A DNA stretch of 64,000 nt from Azolla caroliniana. Taxonomy: Eukaryota; Plantae; Polypodiophyta. The notes under the pieces were generated by a model that was not told the origin of the DNA, made no database searches, and saw only the letters and a program-made list of their open reading frames with translations. Of this stretch, positions 12,253 to 25,600 are shown piece after piece. The first letter of the stretch is position 1. The number at the start of each line of letters is the position of its first letter. The position numbers were made by a program, and so were the translations under genes. The stretch lies in contig JBHGNT010000021.1 in the NCBI GenBank assembly GCA_043228905.1, positions 1,364,001-1,428,000 of the forward strand, written 5' to 3'.

Positions 12253-13823
12253 TATGGATGCATTTATGTACATAGTATATATATGCATATCACATAAATC
12301 TTGAAGAAATTTACATTAACTTCGAGGATACCTTAGTTTTGGCTGAGTAATTTCCTCTGGCTAACATACCAGAGGGTGTTGTTTCCTCTTCCATCATCAC
12401 GACATGTGGTTCACGCTGGGGGGCAAATGTCCCTAACATCACTCTCGTCTTATCGACTGCAACACACCAACAACAAAAAACCATGACCAAAGAGCCTAGT
12501 AGAAAACCTATAAACAAAGATAAATACACTTCATTCCATTATGATCTAGGGCAGAACATAAAAAAACACACCCTTATCTTGTTGAATATTTACCAGAAGT
12601 GGCACATTTTTATCAGCTTGCCCTCTCATCAGAAGTAACACATTCTTGTCGAATGTTGCCACTAAGTTTCCAAGAAATTACCAGTATACATGTAAGTTTT
12701 CAATATTCTCCTCTCTAGTACAAAAATGTGCTAGGTAGCAATGTAGTGTGCCAAACACCTAACACAGTTAGGGAGTTTGTGAATCCATTTGTTTCCACTA
12801 TTGATGTGTAAAACATTACCTTTGATACCACTTTTCCACACAGTATGGACATAGGCGAGGCCCGATACAATGTTGTGCCTCACCATGAATGTGAATTTAA
12901 GGTTGTATTTGCTCCCTTCCTTGAGTGTGAAAAGATGGTTTTTGTATGTCGACGAGGACGGCAAAGTGATGTCCATATCTAGTCTCCCTGGGGAGACAAT
13001 GCTCATGCTCAACAGATTCACTTGAGGATGCACATCACCACCATCATCACCTATACATTAATATAGACAGTAAATCATCATGATTTTTATGATGGTTCCA
13101 TAACTTCCCAGTACAGTAAAGTATACCTTCATCACCAACATCCATTTGTATGCTCCCAAGCAATTGCTCCTTCCACCTTCTCAAACTTTCATCCTCCTAG
13201 TCACACACAAAAAAAAACAAATCATTAGCTTCAGCCAAATATGGTTTTATATTATATGCCATCAGATGCATAAATGATACGCCTGTATGGGGATGGATGA
13301 ATAAATTATGATTGTTGGCATATATGCATTATGCTAATGATGAAGGTACATGCTCACTGTATACAACGTACATAACATTATGGCAACGATGATGGTATAT
13401 ACTCGGTATATATACCACATATATTATCATGCATGATGTGCATGAATAAAGTATTATCATATAGCATTATACATACATACACACATACATACATACATAC
13501 ACACGTGCATTATGCACACATGCATACATGCATACACACACCCCTTGTTCAACATATTGTTAAGAACTACGTGAGATGTTATGTATATACACATATACCT
13601 TGTCTTTTTCCAGTTGTTGTTTGAGAGGGAGGAGGGGCCCAAGCACAAGTTCATGGTGATCATCAATACCATCAGCATCATCAATACCACCATGACCATG
13701 AGGGTACTCTGATTCATCGAGAGAAGTAGTACTAAGTTGTCTGTTAAGCATGTCTTCTGTTATGGTTGTGGTGGTTTCTGATGATGGAGGAGAAGCTGGG
13801 ATCTCATCATTAGCCTTAGACAT
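12012..13823 (-). CDS. RhoGDI: Rho (ROP) GDP-dissociation inhibitor, 5 exons, ~239 aa
   Basis: Exons 13599-13823, 13127-13196, 12820-13050, 12332-12456, 12012-12080. Motifs LKQQLEKDKEDESLRRWKEQLLG, FTLKEGSKY, NIVSGL, MLGTFAPQ, EETTPSGMLARG and FIDDD...IRKDW*. Confidence 0.95.
12217..12248. repeat. (TG)n microsatellite in RhoGDI intron 4
   Basis: Read directly from the sequence. Confidence 0.95.
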
Positions 13824-15499
13824 TACTGTATATATATTTGTATATCTATCTATATGAATGAATGGATTGAATATTAGTTTTACATAATCAGAAGAGGCAC
13901 CAAAATACCCACAAAAGAAAATCGTGGCTTTTTTATCAAGGGATGAGAGAGAGAGAGAGCTCTTCCAAAGAAGAGAAAATGTTCTGTTTCAAAGAAGAAG
14001 AAGAAGATACTCTGTTCCTCTAGAAAACGAAGAAAAATGTTCTGTTCCAAAGAAGGAAAAATGCTATGTCTGTTTTGTACATAAATATATGTATTAGGAA
14101 CTTAATATATATTTATATTTTTGTCTATATCTCAGTTATTTATTTATTTATTTATTTATATTATTAGGGAATATTACCAAAATATTCATGAATTTACTAT
14201 TAGTTGACCTGATTATGTCTCAAAAACTATTTGTACATGGATGGCTTTGATCAAGGCTTCTTGATTCCTCTCTCTCACTTAAAGATTAAGCACAAATCAT
14301 AGAAAATTAAAATGTCAATGTAGATTCATGAGCATGAAAATCATCAGAAATCCAGCTGCGAAAATTGTGTACCGAACAATTGTTAAGGCCTTACATTACT
14401 AATCTACGACGCTGAAACACTACCCCCTAAGAAGTTGGATTTGAAAACTGAGTTTGCTATTTATGCGTCTAGTTCAACTGACAATCCATGCATAAGTCTA
14501 GATTGAGAGAACTTGCGGCTTGATTTGATGAGTCTTGCCTTTCATTTGAACATTAATGCTCTAATCATCAAATAAAACTAGGCATTAAATTAGCTAGTAT
14601 TCTGAAGCAAATAAAGATAATATGGTACCCTTATGTAGGGGCCAAGTCTTAAACTTCGTGCAACCAAGAACTGAACTATGACTGGCCAAGTGTGTATAGG
14701 TAAATTTGAAAAATAAGCAACTTGAACATTGTAATTAGTAGCGCTTTTTACCTTCACGATATTGATTTAACCCATTTGGGAGAAGTTAATTGATCATTAT
14801 AAAGTAGGAAATTGAAAATCCAAAGATTCCAATGTCAAGATTGTTCTTGAGAATCAGTTATGAATTGCAATTTTTATTTCAAATTAAGGTTCAGACACTA
14901 TTGTTGTTATGGTCAAAAAACAATTTCTAACTAAAATATGATATGCCATTTCCTCGTTAATGGCACACACTCCCCATAATCTATGAATAGCGACAAAAAA
15001 AGTCGTTATGACTAAAGATTCTTTTCACATTCATGACTAAACTTTATTTCATGAAAGAACTTATTGAAGTATAGAAATGGTAATTAACAAATGTGGCCCC
15101 TCTAGTTATGATTACTTACTCAATTAAATGATAACACACCCAATAAGCACTAAAAAATCTCTTGTAATGAGATTGTGATTGGGTGACATAAGTGACCCTA
15201 CAAAGTTGTCAAACAACTACAAAAGCACCCCCTTGGAAACTATCTTTGATAGCTTTTTACTAACAAAAGCACAAGTCACACGTGCTTTAATTTCAAGTAT
15301 GGACAACTTCACTAAATTCATCATGACCTTTTTGCGCAAACTCAGATTTCGAAGGCCATGTTGGAGTATAAGCACTCTCTTGAACCTTCTACCGAGTTTA
15401 ACCATATTGCATGTTTGGGCTTGGTTAATGTACATGATGCCATGTTAGGAACCCAAAGAAAATAATGACTTTTCAAACAACTAGGACAAGGTTTCGTGT

Positions 15500-16400
15500 T
15501 CCAAGAAATTACCTTGGTATATGGTCTTGATTGCAAGCAATGCCAACTTTACATTATCTAATTCAAAATTTGACTATTGTTACACTTGAGGTATATTGGA
15601 GATTTGAAGGTCATAAAGGCCTTGCCGAAAGAAAAACAAATTATGTGCATCATAAACTAATTGATAGGTTTACATGGATGGTGAAACGTGTTAATAAAGG
15701 ATGGGGAATGACAAGATCCAATAGGTGTGGCAAGGTGTGGTATAAATGGGGTGGCAATCTCATCTTCCTTTCAAAGCTAAGTTATTTGGAGAGTCATGGT
15801 GGGTGAATCAGCTTTGGAGTATATCACTTTTGGAATGTGTTTGTTTTGCACAAATTTAGAGGAACATAGTTGACATTGATTTATTAGTTGTTCAATGGCA
15901 AGGGCTATCTAGAAATTTACATCTACAATGTGGGCTTTTTATAAGTGGAGTGTTAAAATATTTGTTTGGTCATGTGTAGTCAAGAATGCATTGAGATAGT
16001 CTTCCAATATCTAAGGTACTAGGGATTATGGCATAATTGGTGAATGCACAACCCCTTTGTTTTTATGCTCAATATGGGTTAAAAGACATGTTCAACAATT
16101 AAAAGGCATGTCCATTTTCCTTATTGGAAGCTTCTAGGAGGTTGTCACCAGAGGAATTATGAATCTATGGGTAGGGAAGGCATCATGTCCATCATTTGCA
16201 TTGGCCTTTATCACATGGGACTATATAGCCCCATAACGATGGATGGATCTAGATTCTAGATAGATATGAGGTATGTCATGAGAACCCTCATTGATTTTGT
16301 GGGGAACCGATAATATTCCATCTATTATTGTTTATTCGATTTTTGTAACTAATTCATTGCAATTTACGAAAAACAAAGAGGCTTGATAGTTTAACACGTA
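15500..16400 (+). mobile_element. Highly degenerate L1-type LINE 3' remnant
   Basis: Fragments resembling the zf-RVT region (KAKLF..W at ~15773, HFW.C-like at ~15825, W-x-x-W at ~16030) with many stops. Boundaries approximate. Confidence 0.35.
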
Positions 16401-17922
16401 ACTAATAGGAATTGATAATGTGTATTTAATGTCAATTTACATATATCTATGATAGGAGATTGGCGTTATATTGTTATATTGTTTAACGTGTACACTACTT
16501 TTAGGGGAAATGAAAGAGATTGAGTTGTGCCAAGGGGAAGGGGTTTTGACTAGGTACAAATTGAGTTTAATAAATTTTCAAATTATTAGTATAAGTTTGA
16601 AACCTTGAGATCATGACAAGGAGGTTCTATTCTATTTACAATGTAGTAAGGAAATTTAAAAATGGAAAGAGAAAAGCATTTGAAGTACTTCTTTCAAAAA
16701 GAGAGAGGAGATGGAGGTGAATAATAAACTTGTGTAACAAGAAGTATGTATTGTTTTCTTTTAAGAAGTCAATCTAGCCTATGAGACCAAAACAACATTC
16801 ATAGTAAGACTTTTCACTTGTTCCTGTAGAGAGAAAGATAGATAGTAGGATGTGCTTTCATGACAAGCCACTTGAGTGTTTAGAAATGAAAGACAATTTC
16901 TACAACAAAATGGAACATTTACAATAGAAGTTGGAATTCCTCAAAAACAAAACAAACATCCTTTATATCATTTATGCAATTACTTTTCTCAAATCTAGGT
17001 ATAAATCATGGTGATAAGAATAGATAAACCAAAATACATGGCCAAACACAAAACTCTCTATCTATTTCCAAATCCCAAGGGGAAGTTACTAGCTTGTTGG
17101 TGGAAACTAAATAAAACTTGATTTAAGGACTCCACAATTTGAAAAAATAAATGAGTCTCCGTGTCATGCTTTTGCAACATGACATCAGACACATATTAAT
17201 ATTCCCCAATTTATTTCATTCTTAGCACAGGGAATGATGAAGGTGGTAGAAAAACTTACTCATGATGGAGTGCATGATCGAAGAGACATCAACATCATAC
17301 AGTTGAAGTCAAGATGGTACATTAAATATAAGAAAATGTTATACGTGAGTTGGATGTGAGAGATGTTCTACAAAATATCAGAAAATGCTTTACATGAGTT
17401 GGATGTGATTGGGAAAGGATCATGCAAGCTTTGGAAGGCCATAAACAATGCATGCCTCAATGTGAGGTAAAACTTGGGTGATTAATAGAGCTATTGTCTC
17501 ATTCTTCCCAAGATTCTCTTATGTAAACTTAAATGATCTTAAATGAATGGTATGATTAAGTCCCAAGCAAGAAAACAACCTCCCAATTTAAGTCAATAAT
17601 GGAATAGAATTATGTGCCGAGTTATAAATTCTTTACATAATATAAGATAATCACGTGACTTATTATTAATGTCGTTCACACGTTCACATTCCGCCTTAGA
17701 AATAGTTCATCCAAATATTTTCAAATAATCGGAGGAAACTAAATTTGCATGTTTTCGACAAAAATCAACTTTTGGAGCAAGAACGCTATCTTTGGAAACT
17801 ACTTGAAGAAGTAGAGTTTCATATTGGGAGATGTGTGTACTCATCATGGTTCTAAAAGACCAGGAGGACATGATTTTGATCCAAATGCTCACATATGACT
17901 CATGACCAAGTTGTCTTAGTGG

Positions 17923-19659
17923 TGTCACAGATAGATAATATACACAAGAGATTAGAAGAGAATCAAATGGATGAGTTGATGAATTGAAAGACTCTGTAAC
18001 TGGTGTTGTTCACCTTGATTGTAATCTAGGTAAACACACATATTTATACAAGTTCTGAGATTGAATATCTCTAGAATATACTTGAGAAATATGTTTAGAA
18101 TATACTTAAGAAATATCTCTAGAATATACCCGCCTAGACTATACTATTAAATATTTTTAGAATATACTAAAGACTAGAATATTTTGGAATGTACTATATG
18201 CTAGACTATATAATACTAAGTTATATATACAAGTTCACATATAACTCAAGAGTTTTAATCTGGTTTATCTAACACAACACTATGTATTGGGTGTGTGGTC
18301 AGAGGTTCGAGTCTAGAATGTAACATTATCCTCCCTCTTAAGCCACCTTCCCAAATCAATCGCGGGTTTGTGGGGATACCAGTGATGAAAATCCTGGACC
18401 ACAACTTTGGGGCATTTTGATCCTTTATATATTCACCGGAGATTGGAACACCAACAAGCGTGAGCGACCATGTGTGATCCTCACTAGTAATTGGAATACG
18501 AACAAGCATAAGCAATCCTCACCAGGAACGAGAAAATCAACAGGCATGAGCGACCATGTGTCGTCCTTACTGGGAAACACTAACACAAACGAGCATGAGC
18601 GACTGTGTGCGGTCCTCACCAGGAGCGTGAACACCAATGGGCGTGAGGGACCATGTGCAGTCCTCACCAGGAACAAGAACAAGAATGGGTGTGAGCGACC
18701 ATGTGGTTCTCACTGGGAACTAGAACACCAACAGGTGAAGGAGTGTAGGGGAAGCAGTTGACTCGACTTCTTCTATCATGAGAGGGTAAATACTCGAGGT
18801 TGACCTAAAACACGACACAAACGGTAACAATAAGGAAACCAATGCGATCCCCACCAGGAAAGTGAGCAGTTGTGACCCCCACTAGAATGACCCAAAGGAA
18901 AGTGGAGCGAAATGTGGACCCAAAAGTGGAGTGCAAGTGAGAAATGATTCGATCCCCATTAGGAAAGTGAGCGGTTGTAACGCCCACTAGAATGACCAAG
19001 AAATGTAGAGTTGACAATAATGAAGGTTTGGCGAAGTAGCATTGATGAAGACAACAAGAGGTGCTAAAAATGATGATATCAAAGATGAGGTAGTGAAGGT
19101 GATGAAGAGGAGGAAGCGTCTCTAGAAGCAACGACTATGAATATGGTGACAATGGCATCTCTAGAAGCAATGACTAAACCAAGGATGTTGATGATGGTAA
19201 CTTTCGATGCAACGACAGTGACGATGGTGTCTCTGGAAGAAAAGGTGGAGGCTATGAAGAAGATGGGTGATGGTTCTAGTTGGAAGGTAAACAAATTGTC
19301 ATGAATAGATAATATGCACAAGAGACTAGAAGAGAATCGAATGGATGAGTTGATGAATTGAAAGATTTTGTAACTGGTGTTGTTCACCTTGATTGTAATC
19401 TAGGTGAACACACATATTTATACAAGTTCCAAGATTGAATATCTCTAAAATATACCCAAGAAATATCTTTAGAATATACCCGCTTAGAATATACCATAGA
19501 ATATTTCTAGAATATTTTGGAATGTATGTATGCTAAACTATACAATACTAAACTATATACAAGTTTACATATAACTCAAGAGTTTTCATATGGTTTATCT
19601 AACACAACACTATGTACTGGGTGTGTGTTAAGTCAAAGGTTTGGGTCTAGAATGTGACA
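17923..19659 (-). mobile_element. Structurally complete non-autonomous LTR retrotransposon (TRIM-like, ~1.7 kb)
   Basis: Direct repeats at 17923-18325 and 19297-19659 with TGTCA...TGT(A/G)ACA ends. 5-bp TSD AGTGG at 17918-17922 and 19660-19664. Polypurine tract AAGAGGGAGGATAA on the - strand at 18326-18339. The ~970-bp interior has tandem repeats and no recognisable gag/pol. Confidence 0.92.
18430..19000. repeat. Internal tandem repeats of the LTR element (~50-70-bp units x5-6 and a ~105-bp-period pair)
   Basis: gagcgaccatgtg..tcctcac recurs across 18460-18715. gatcccca..aggaaagtgagc.gttgt.ac.cccactagaatgacc occurs at ~18846 and ~18951. Confidence 0.8.
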
Positions 19660-19899
19660 AGTGGTGTTTTTGGTAATGTTTTTGAACACTTCATATATAT
19701 ATATATGAACTACACATTAGTTTCCATTACCAATCTAATAAGCATATATAAAGCATACAATCTAGTGGAGGTGAATATAGCTAAGAAAAAAGGTTATTCC
19801 CCATTATGTCATAAGGTAAGACAAACTCCACCTATGGAGGAAATGACCATTGAGGGGGTAGATATTGTTTAAGAAAAATGGTATCTTCATTACCAGTGA

Positions 19900-21600
19900 A
19901 GGAGTCATATTGACCTTTTAAAATTGAAATAAGCATCGACCAACTTTCCTTCACACAATGAGCAAGATTTTGTTTTATTTGCTAAAACACATTTTTGCAT
20001 CTAGCTATCCATATATTCCACCAAATCACCGATGATATCATAGCCCATAATGTGGCATCTACATTCAACCGATTTGAGTACGTCCTTAACTTGCCTCCCC
20101 CTAGTTTGATGGGTAAATCATTTTTTTTCCCTGTCATAATTATGCTTATCCACATTTACATCCATCCAAAAGACATTTCCCCATGTGATCACTTTAGGTC
20201 CATACACAACATCAATGAGGCGCAACATACGTTTCCAAACAGAACTTGCAACCATACAATTTCATAATGCATGTTGCATTGATTCCATATGAAACCCACA
20301 AAAAGAGCAAGTTGTGCTTCCCTCATACATATGCATCCATTCCAAAATTTGAATTTTACTACTCATTTGGAAGTATATTTCCATGCCACTTATGCACATG
20401 TCATATTAATTCGATATCAATTGTGCACAATCAATTGTCTAGTAAAGGGCATAAACATCTTCCCCAAATAATGCATGGGCTCAATGTGGGTTCATCAAAG
20501 GAATGTTTTGCATGATATTTTGAGTGTACAATTAGTTGTTAAACATACAAATCATGAGATCATTACATTTCCGCTCAACTTATACAAAATTGTGTATGAT
20601 CTTGATAATTTGGTCTTATTTGGTCCATCATACAAAAGTTGGAGTTTGGTTCTCTAATCATCAATGCAATTTTCTTCCAAAGAACTTATTGATATATTCT
20701 ACCTTTCGAGTTCTATCAAATGTACATTGCTAACCTTTTAGATTTTACAAGATACTTGGATTAACATACATTGCAAATAAATTGACTCTTAGAAATATTG
20801 TGCATCTAAGGTTGCTTGAGTATTTATGTTACTCATGTTTTCATATTACTTAGTGGTGATGTCTTGGTCCAAGACCATTTTATAAAATATTACATAATCA
20901 ATTTGTTTCATGTTACAAAGAGAGGAATTGGCAAATTCAGAGAGTGGATGAGGGGACATTTACTCTTAACTATTTTACGAAACATTACACAATAAACCTG
21001 TTTCATGTTATGGAAAAAAGAATTGAAAACTTTAGACATTGCATGGATTTCACATGAACATATTTGTACACCTTAAATAGATGAGGGGTCATGTACTCTT
21101 AAATAGATGAGGGGACGTGTACTCTTAAATGTCTATACTTGATATAACTCTCAAAATTTCCTTGTTTAAAGACATAACAACCCATCTTAGGTTCCCATTA
21201 CATTATTGTTTACGAAAGACAGGGGTCTCATGCATGGCAAAACTAGATTTTGTGATCACGATGACATTTTATCAATTCTAACCAACCTATAAAGATAAAT
21301 TTATCGGCATTGTTATCACCTAGATTGTTCTTGGAAAGTAGTGCTTCAAATGTCTTATTAAAACAATTCTTGCCTATGATTGTTGACCTTCAAGATGAAA
21401 TCATAGTTGTTCAATGTAATTTAGTGGTTGGAAATACATAGATTATACCCAAATTTGAGTAGAATGGGAAGGGTTTGCTTGGGCTCTTTAGGTAATGACA
21501 TTTTGATCTTTGCATGTGCAAAAAGGGTGTCACAATTTATGAACCATTACAATTACACTACATGCAATTCCTCATATAACCTTGGAGAATGAGATATATC
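19900..21600 (-). mobile_element. Degenerate L1-clade LINE 3' remnant (zf-RVT region)
   Basis: The - strand at 20315-20160 reads TTCSFCGFHMESMQHAL*NCMVASSVWKRMLRLID...ITWGNVFW, and ~20022-19981 reads WWNIWIARCKNVFS. Both are L1 ORF2 C-terminal signatures. Boundaries approximate. Confidence 0.7.
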
Positions 21601-22639
21601 ATTTCTCATGAATGATCAATGATGGTTAAGGATAGAGACAAATCCCACAAAGGCAAATGTTTGTGATAACCCACAATAATCGCGAATAGTGCAAAAAAAA
21701 TGGTTTCATGTAAGTTGGGAGGGTGGCCTCTTGCTTTTTTATAATCCTCTTAACTCACAACATTTCCAATAGGCCTTGTGTCTCTGTGCTATCTGAAACA
21801 AGCAAATATGTCACTAGAATGAACATGGTCTTTACTATTCAAGGGCATAACCACAATTTAGTGCCCTACAACGAAGGGAAGCATTCATATGCATCCAAAA
21901 GGTTGAGTTGGAGACCCTAAATTGTTGCCAATTGTTATATCCAATGTTGATTAATGCAGAAAAGCAGGCCAACAACAAAATATATTAATTTCATTTGTTG
22001 ATTATATCTCAATTGTCTGGCTCATCCCATGTGTGTTGTATGCCAGTATTTGTGGTCTTAGGTTTGTAATTAGTAATTTAGTACTCTACACTGCTGAATG
22101 AAGTATCCTCAGTTTGTGAGTGATAGTGACACAGCGAGTTCTCTTGTTATGACTCTGACAATATCCATATTGGAAAGTGATTTCGAGTTGTTGAATACAA
22201 TATGGTTTACAAGAGAGAAAAGAGAAAAGAGAGAGGACTAATAATTACACTACTCAATAAATCTGTATGGTAAAAACTGTACACCTTGAGATCAATTCTC
22301 ATATGAATTTTCATAATACATCACTTATATGGCATCATTAACTTTGCTCTCCCCTTAAGGTACTCTTACATTGCCATGTTGGGGGAGGAGGAGATGAAAT
22401 GTGACGGCTGCTCTTCTTTTTTACAGGCAAAGAATGTGTTGTATATCTACAATATGGATGACCAAAAACTAACTGTACTGAAATGACATCAAAACCATCT
22501 ATACAATAACATTACTCTTCCATTCATTCATTCGTCATCGTCTAATATGTTGACTGTAGATGTATTGTGAAGCGAGCTATTGAGAGCTATTGATTAGGGG
22601 TCGGAAGCAATTGAGAGGTACTGATTAGGGTCAAACAGA

Positions 22640-25600
22640 TCAGGATTGAAGAGCATAAATGAGGGATCCAGATGACCCTTCTATAAGACCTGCCACTCCA
22701 GCGGCTGCAGACTGGGCATTTGTAGGAAGAAATAGATCATGTCTTTGGTCCTTGTATGCACACCAAATCTATACAAAATAAAAGGAAGACCTCATGAGCA
22801 TTATGAGCTCACCTCGAGAATAATGAAAAAAAGAGTATTTTTGGGGGGGAATATAAATGTACATACATCCGATGAATTCAAAATAACTTGTACTCTCATC
22901 GAATGAGCACCTTCACTAGCAAAAGCATGCAAAACCTACAACAGAAAGATTAGGTTATTTACAAGACTTGTGCTAAAGCACACTGGATTATTACAAGAAA
23001 CTTTAGATGTACCCACGAATTCAACCTCATAAATTGTTGCTTATAGGTACCTTAATAAAAAGATAATATACAAACAGTGGTACCTATATCCCAAGACTTG
23101 AACCCTACAACCTTTCAGGTTGGAGATCACAAGCCTCACTATTTCTCAACGTCATCCGTGTCCACTATAAAAATTCTTCATGTTTTTAATTTGAGATCAT
23201 AAACAAATAACAATTTGCATCTAAAAACAGCTTTTTTCAAACAATTTACTTTCAACAACTCCAGGTTGAAATCAATCTTATAAGATAAAATGAAACTCAA
23301 AAAAATGTCGATATAGCTGAGATAAAAGTCATGAGAAACCAAAACCTCAATAGCTAATACTCTTCCAACAGAAGCTTCAGATTCGTTCCACTTCATCTGT
23401 GCACAAAGACCAGTAGTGCCACCTGCTCGCCAATCAAGCAGCCCTAGAAGCACCTGTACTAAACCAGCCCTGCATGCGATATGGTATACATATGAACAAA
23501 AAACGTGTACATCATATGGACTACATTTGAAAAAATCTAAAGAAGATCTTTACTTTAACCCTTGTGCTACCAGAGCGTCCCTCGCACGATTTCCTGCAAC
23601 TACCACCCTCTTCAATGTCTCTAGAGCAAGGATACTTCCACCTTGCCATCCTATGGCTTTCATCAATAGCGGCACTACCTACAGATACCAAAGAGGGGAT
23701 TTTCATTCATGACAGATAGAATTTTGAGAAATTGATGAAAAAAAGCAAATATAAAGAATAAAAATGTGTGTACATTTTAGTAAAGGAAACCTAAGATGTG
23801 AAAAACCAAAATTTTCTTTTTGTTCTACTCATCAAAAGCTTTTCATATAAATTAAATTATTTTCCTATATATTAAACTCTTTCCATCTCATTTCAGAGAA
23901 GATTGGACGGTTCTCCTTTTTGTGAAGTACTAGAATTACTCTACGATGATGAATTTATTTATGTACAGTGAAGTTCAGAGAGAGAAATAAACATGTTTCT
24001 AAATCTAGCTTCCTAAACTAGGAAAACTTTGAATATGCGTGGCCATGAGGAAGCAGTACAGATCATGATCACCAGAACTGAAGGAGAACCTTGGATAAGG
24101 AGATAAGAAAATCAAACCTGAGGAGATCCGATGCCAGTGGTGGCCATGGCTTCAGCACAAGCCGTGCTTGCAGCCAATTGATGCAGCACTCTCAAACAAC
24201 TTAATCGCACCCTTTCTTGTGAGGTTTGATTTCCCACCATCCAGCCAATAGGTTTTTCTTTTACCACATCTTCTTCCGAACTTTCTTCATCACCTCTTGT
24301 CGTCTCTACTGATGACATAGTTTCTCTCTTGCTTTCGTTTGCCATGGAACCAACAAGTTTCGGGATATAGCCTAAGTGGGCAACATGATCAGCCAATGAT
24401 GGATGCACTCTCAATAGAGATACTAGGGCTGCCGATAAGAGCAATGCCAGATCAGAGTCAATAAGCCCTCCTGCCCCTTTTAAATGGGTTGCTGCCACTG
24501 CAGAGACGTACTGGTCCAGAAGACCCTCAAGGAAACGCTTTGGATTTCGAAGAGGGAACTTTGGATCCTTGAGAAACAATCTCACATACACACCGCCAAC
24601 CTGCAAAAACCACAGTTCATTCGTTTTTCCTTTTTGAGAGGAAACAAAGATAATATTAACTGTAGCCAAATAAACAAGGTAGTTGTAGTGAACCATGGAT
24701 GAGAAATCATTGTTGGGAGGGTAATGCTATCCTCAAAGTGTGAGTGGAACCTGGAATATTTTCCATGCTACCCAATAACAGCCACTAGAAGCATCACACT
24801 GACTCATGAAAGTATGGATCGACTCATTGCCAATGATAAGACTTCACTACTATGTGAACCCTAAACACTCCATATGTTGTGTACACCAATCAAAGCCCCA
24901 CCTTAGAGTCAATGCCTATGCACCACAGCCCAAATACTTTCTTTATTATTGATACACACTAACTTGTGAAAGTATGGATCAACTCATTGTCAATGATAAG
25001 ACTTCATTTCTATGTAAACCCTAGACACTAACTCCATCTGTTGTGTACATCAATCAAAGCCTCGCCTTACAGTCAATGCCTATGCACCAAAACCCAGATA
25101 ATTTCTTCACCATTGTTTCCAACATTACGAAAGTACAACCCTTGAACATGGTTCAATATAGAGATTGTCCATACTGTAATGTTAAATTGAATCATCTTAA
25201 TGCGAATCTCATCTTTCTACATTTGTTTAGTCTTATTTCCTTAATATCTTATACAGCTATTACATTCATTATCAATGATTCATTGCCTAATCCGACATAA
25301 TTTGGAGCCTTCGGCCACACCAAACAGCAGCCAAGGAATCTACCATAGACTGGTCATCTTTGAGAATATGAGAGTATAAAGCTCTCCCCAGATACACTAT
25401 ATGACCATATGAACTGTTAAGTAATTCTGATAGTCATTCATTCCTCTCAACCATAACTGAAGATGTCTGGCATGATAAATTGAAGATTACCTGTGGTTCA
25501 TCACGCATCTCCTGTTGACCAGATGTCTGGTCAGGAGAGTCCCATTCACCTATGCTTCCTTTCACTTGTTCCTGAAAAAGATCAGATGCCATTGTAGATA

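Noticed and set aside
18430-18740. Repeat-spacer-like pattern resembling a CRISPR array
   Set aside because: The units are degenerate, the 'spacers' resemble each other, there are no cas genes, and the array lies inside a eukaryotic LTR element.
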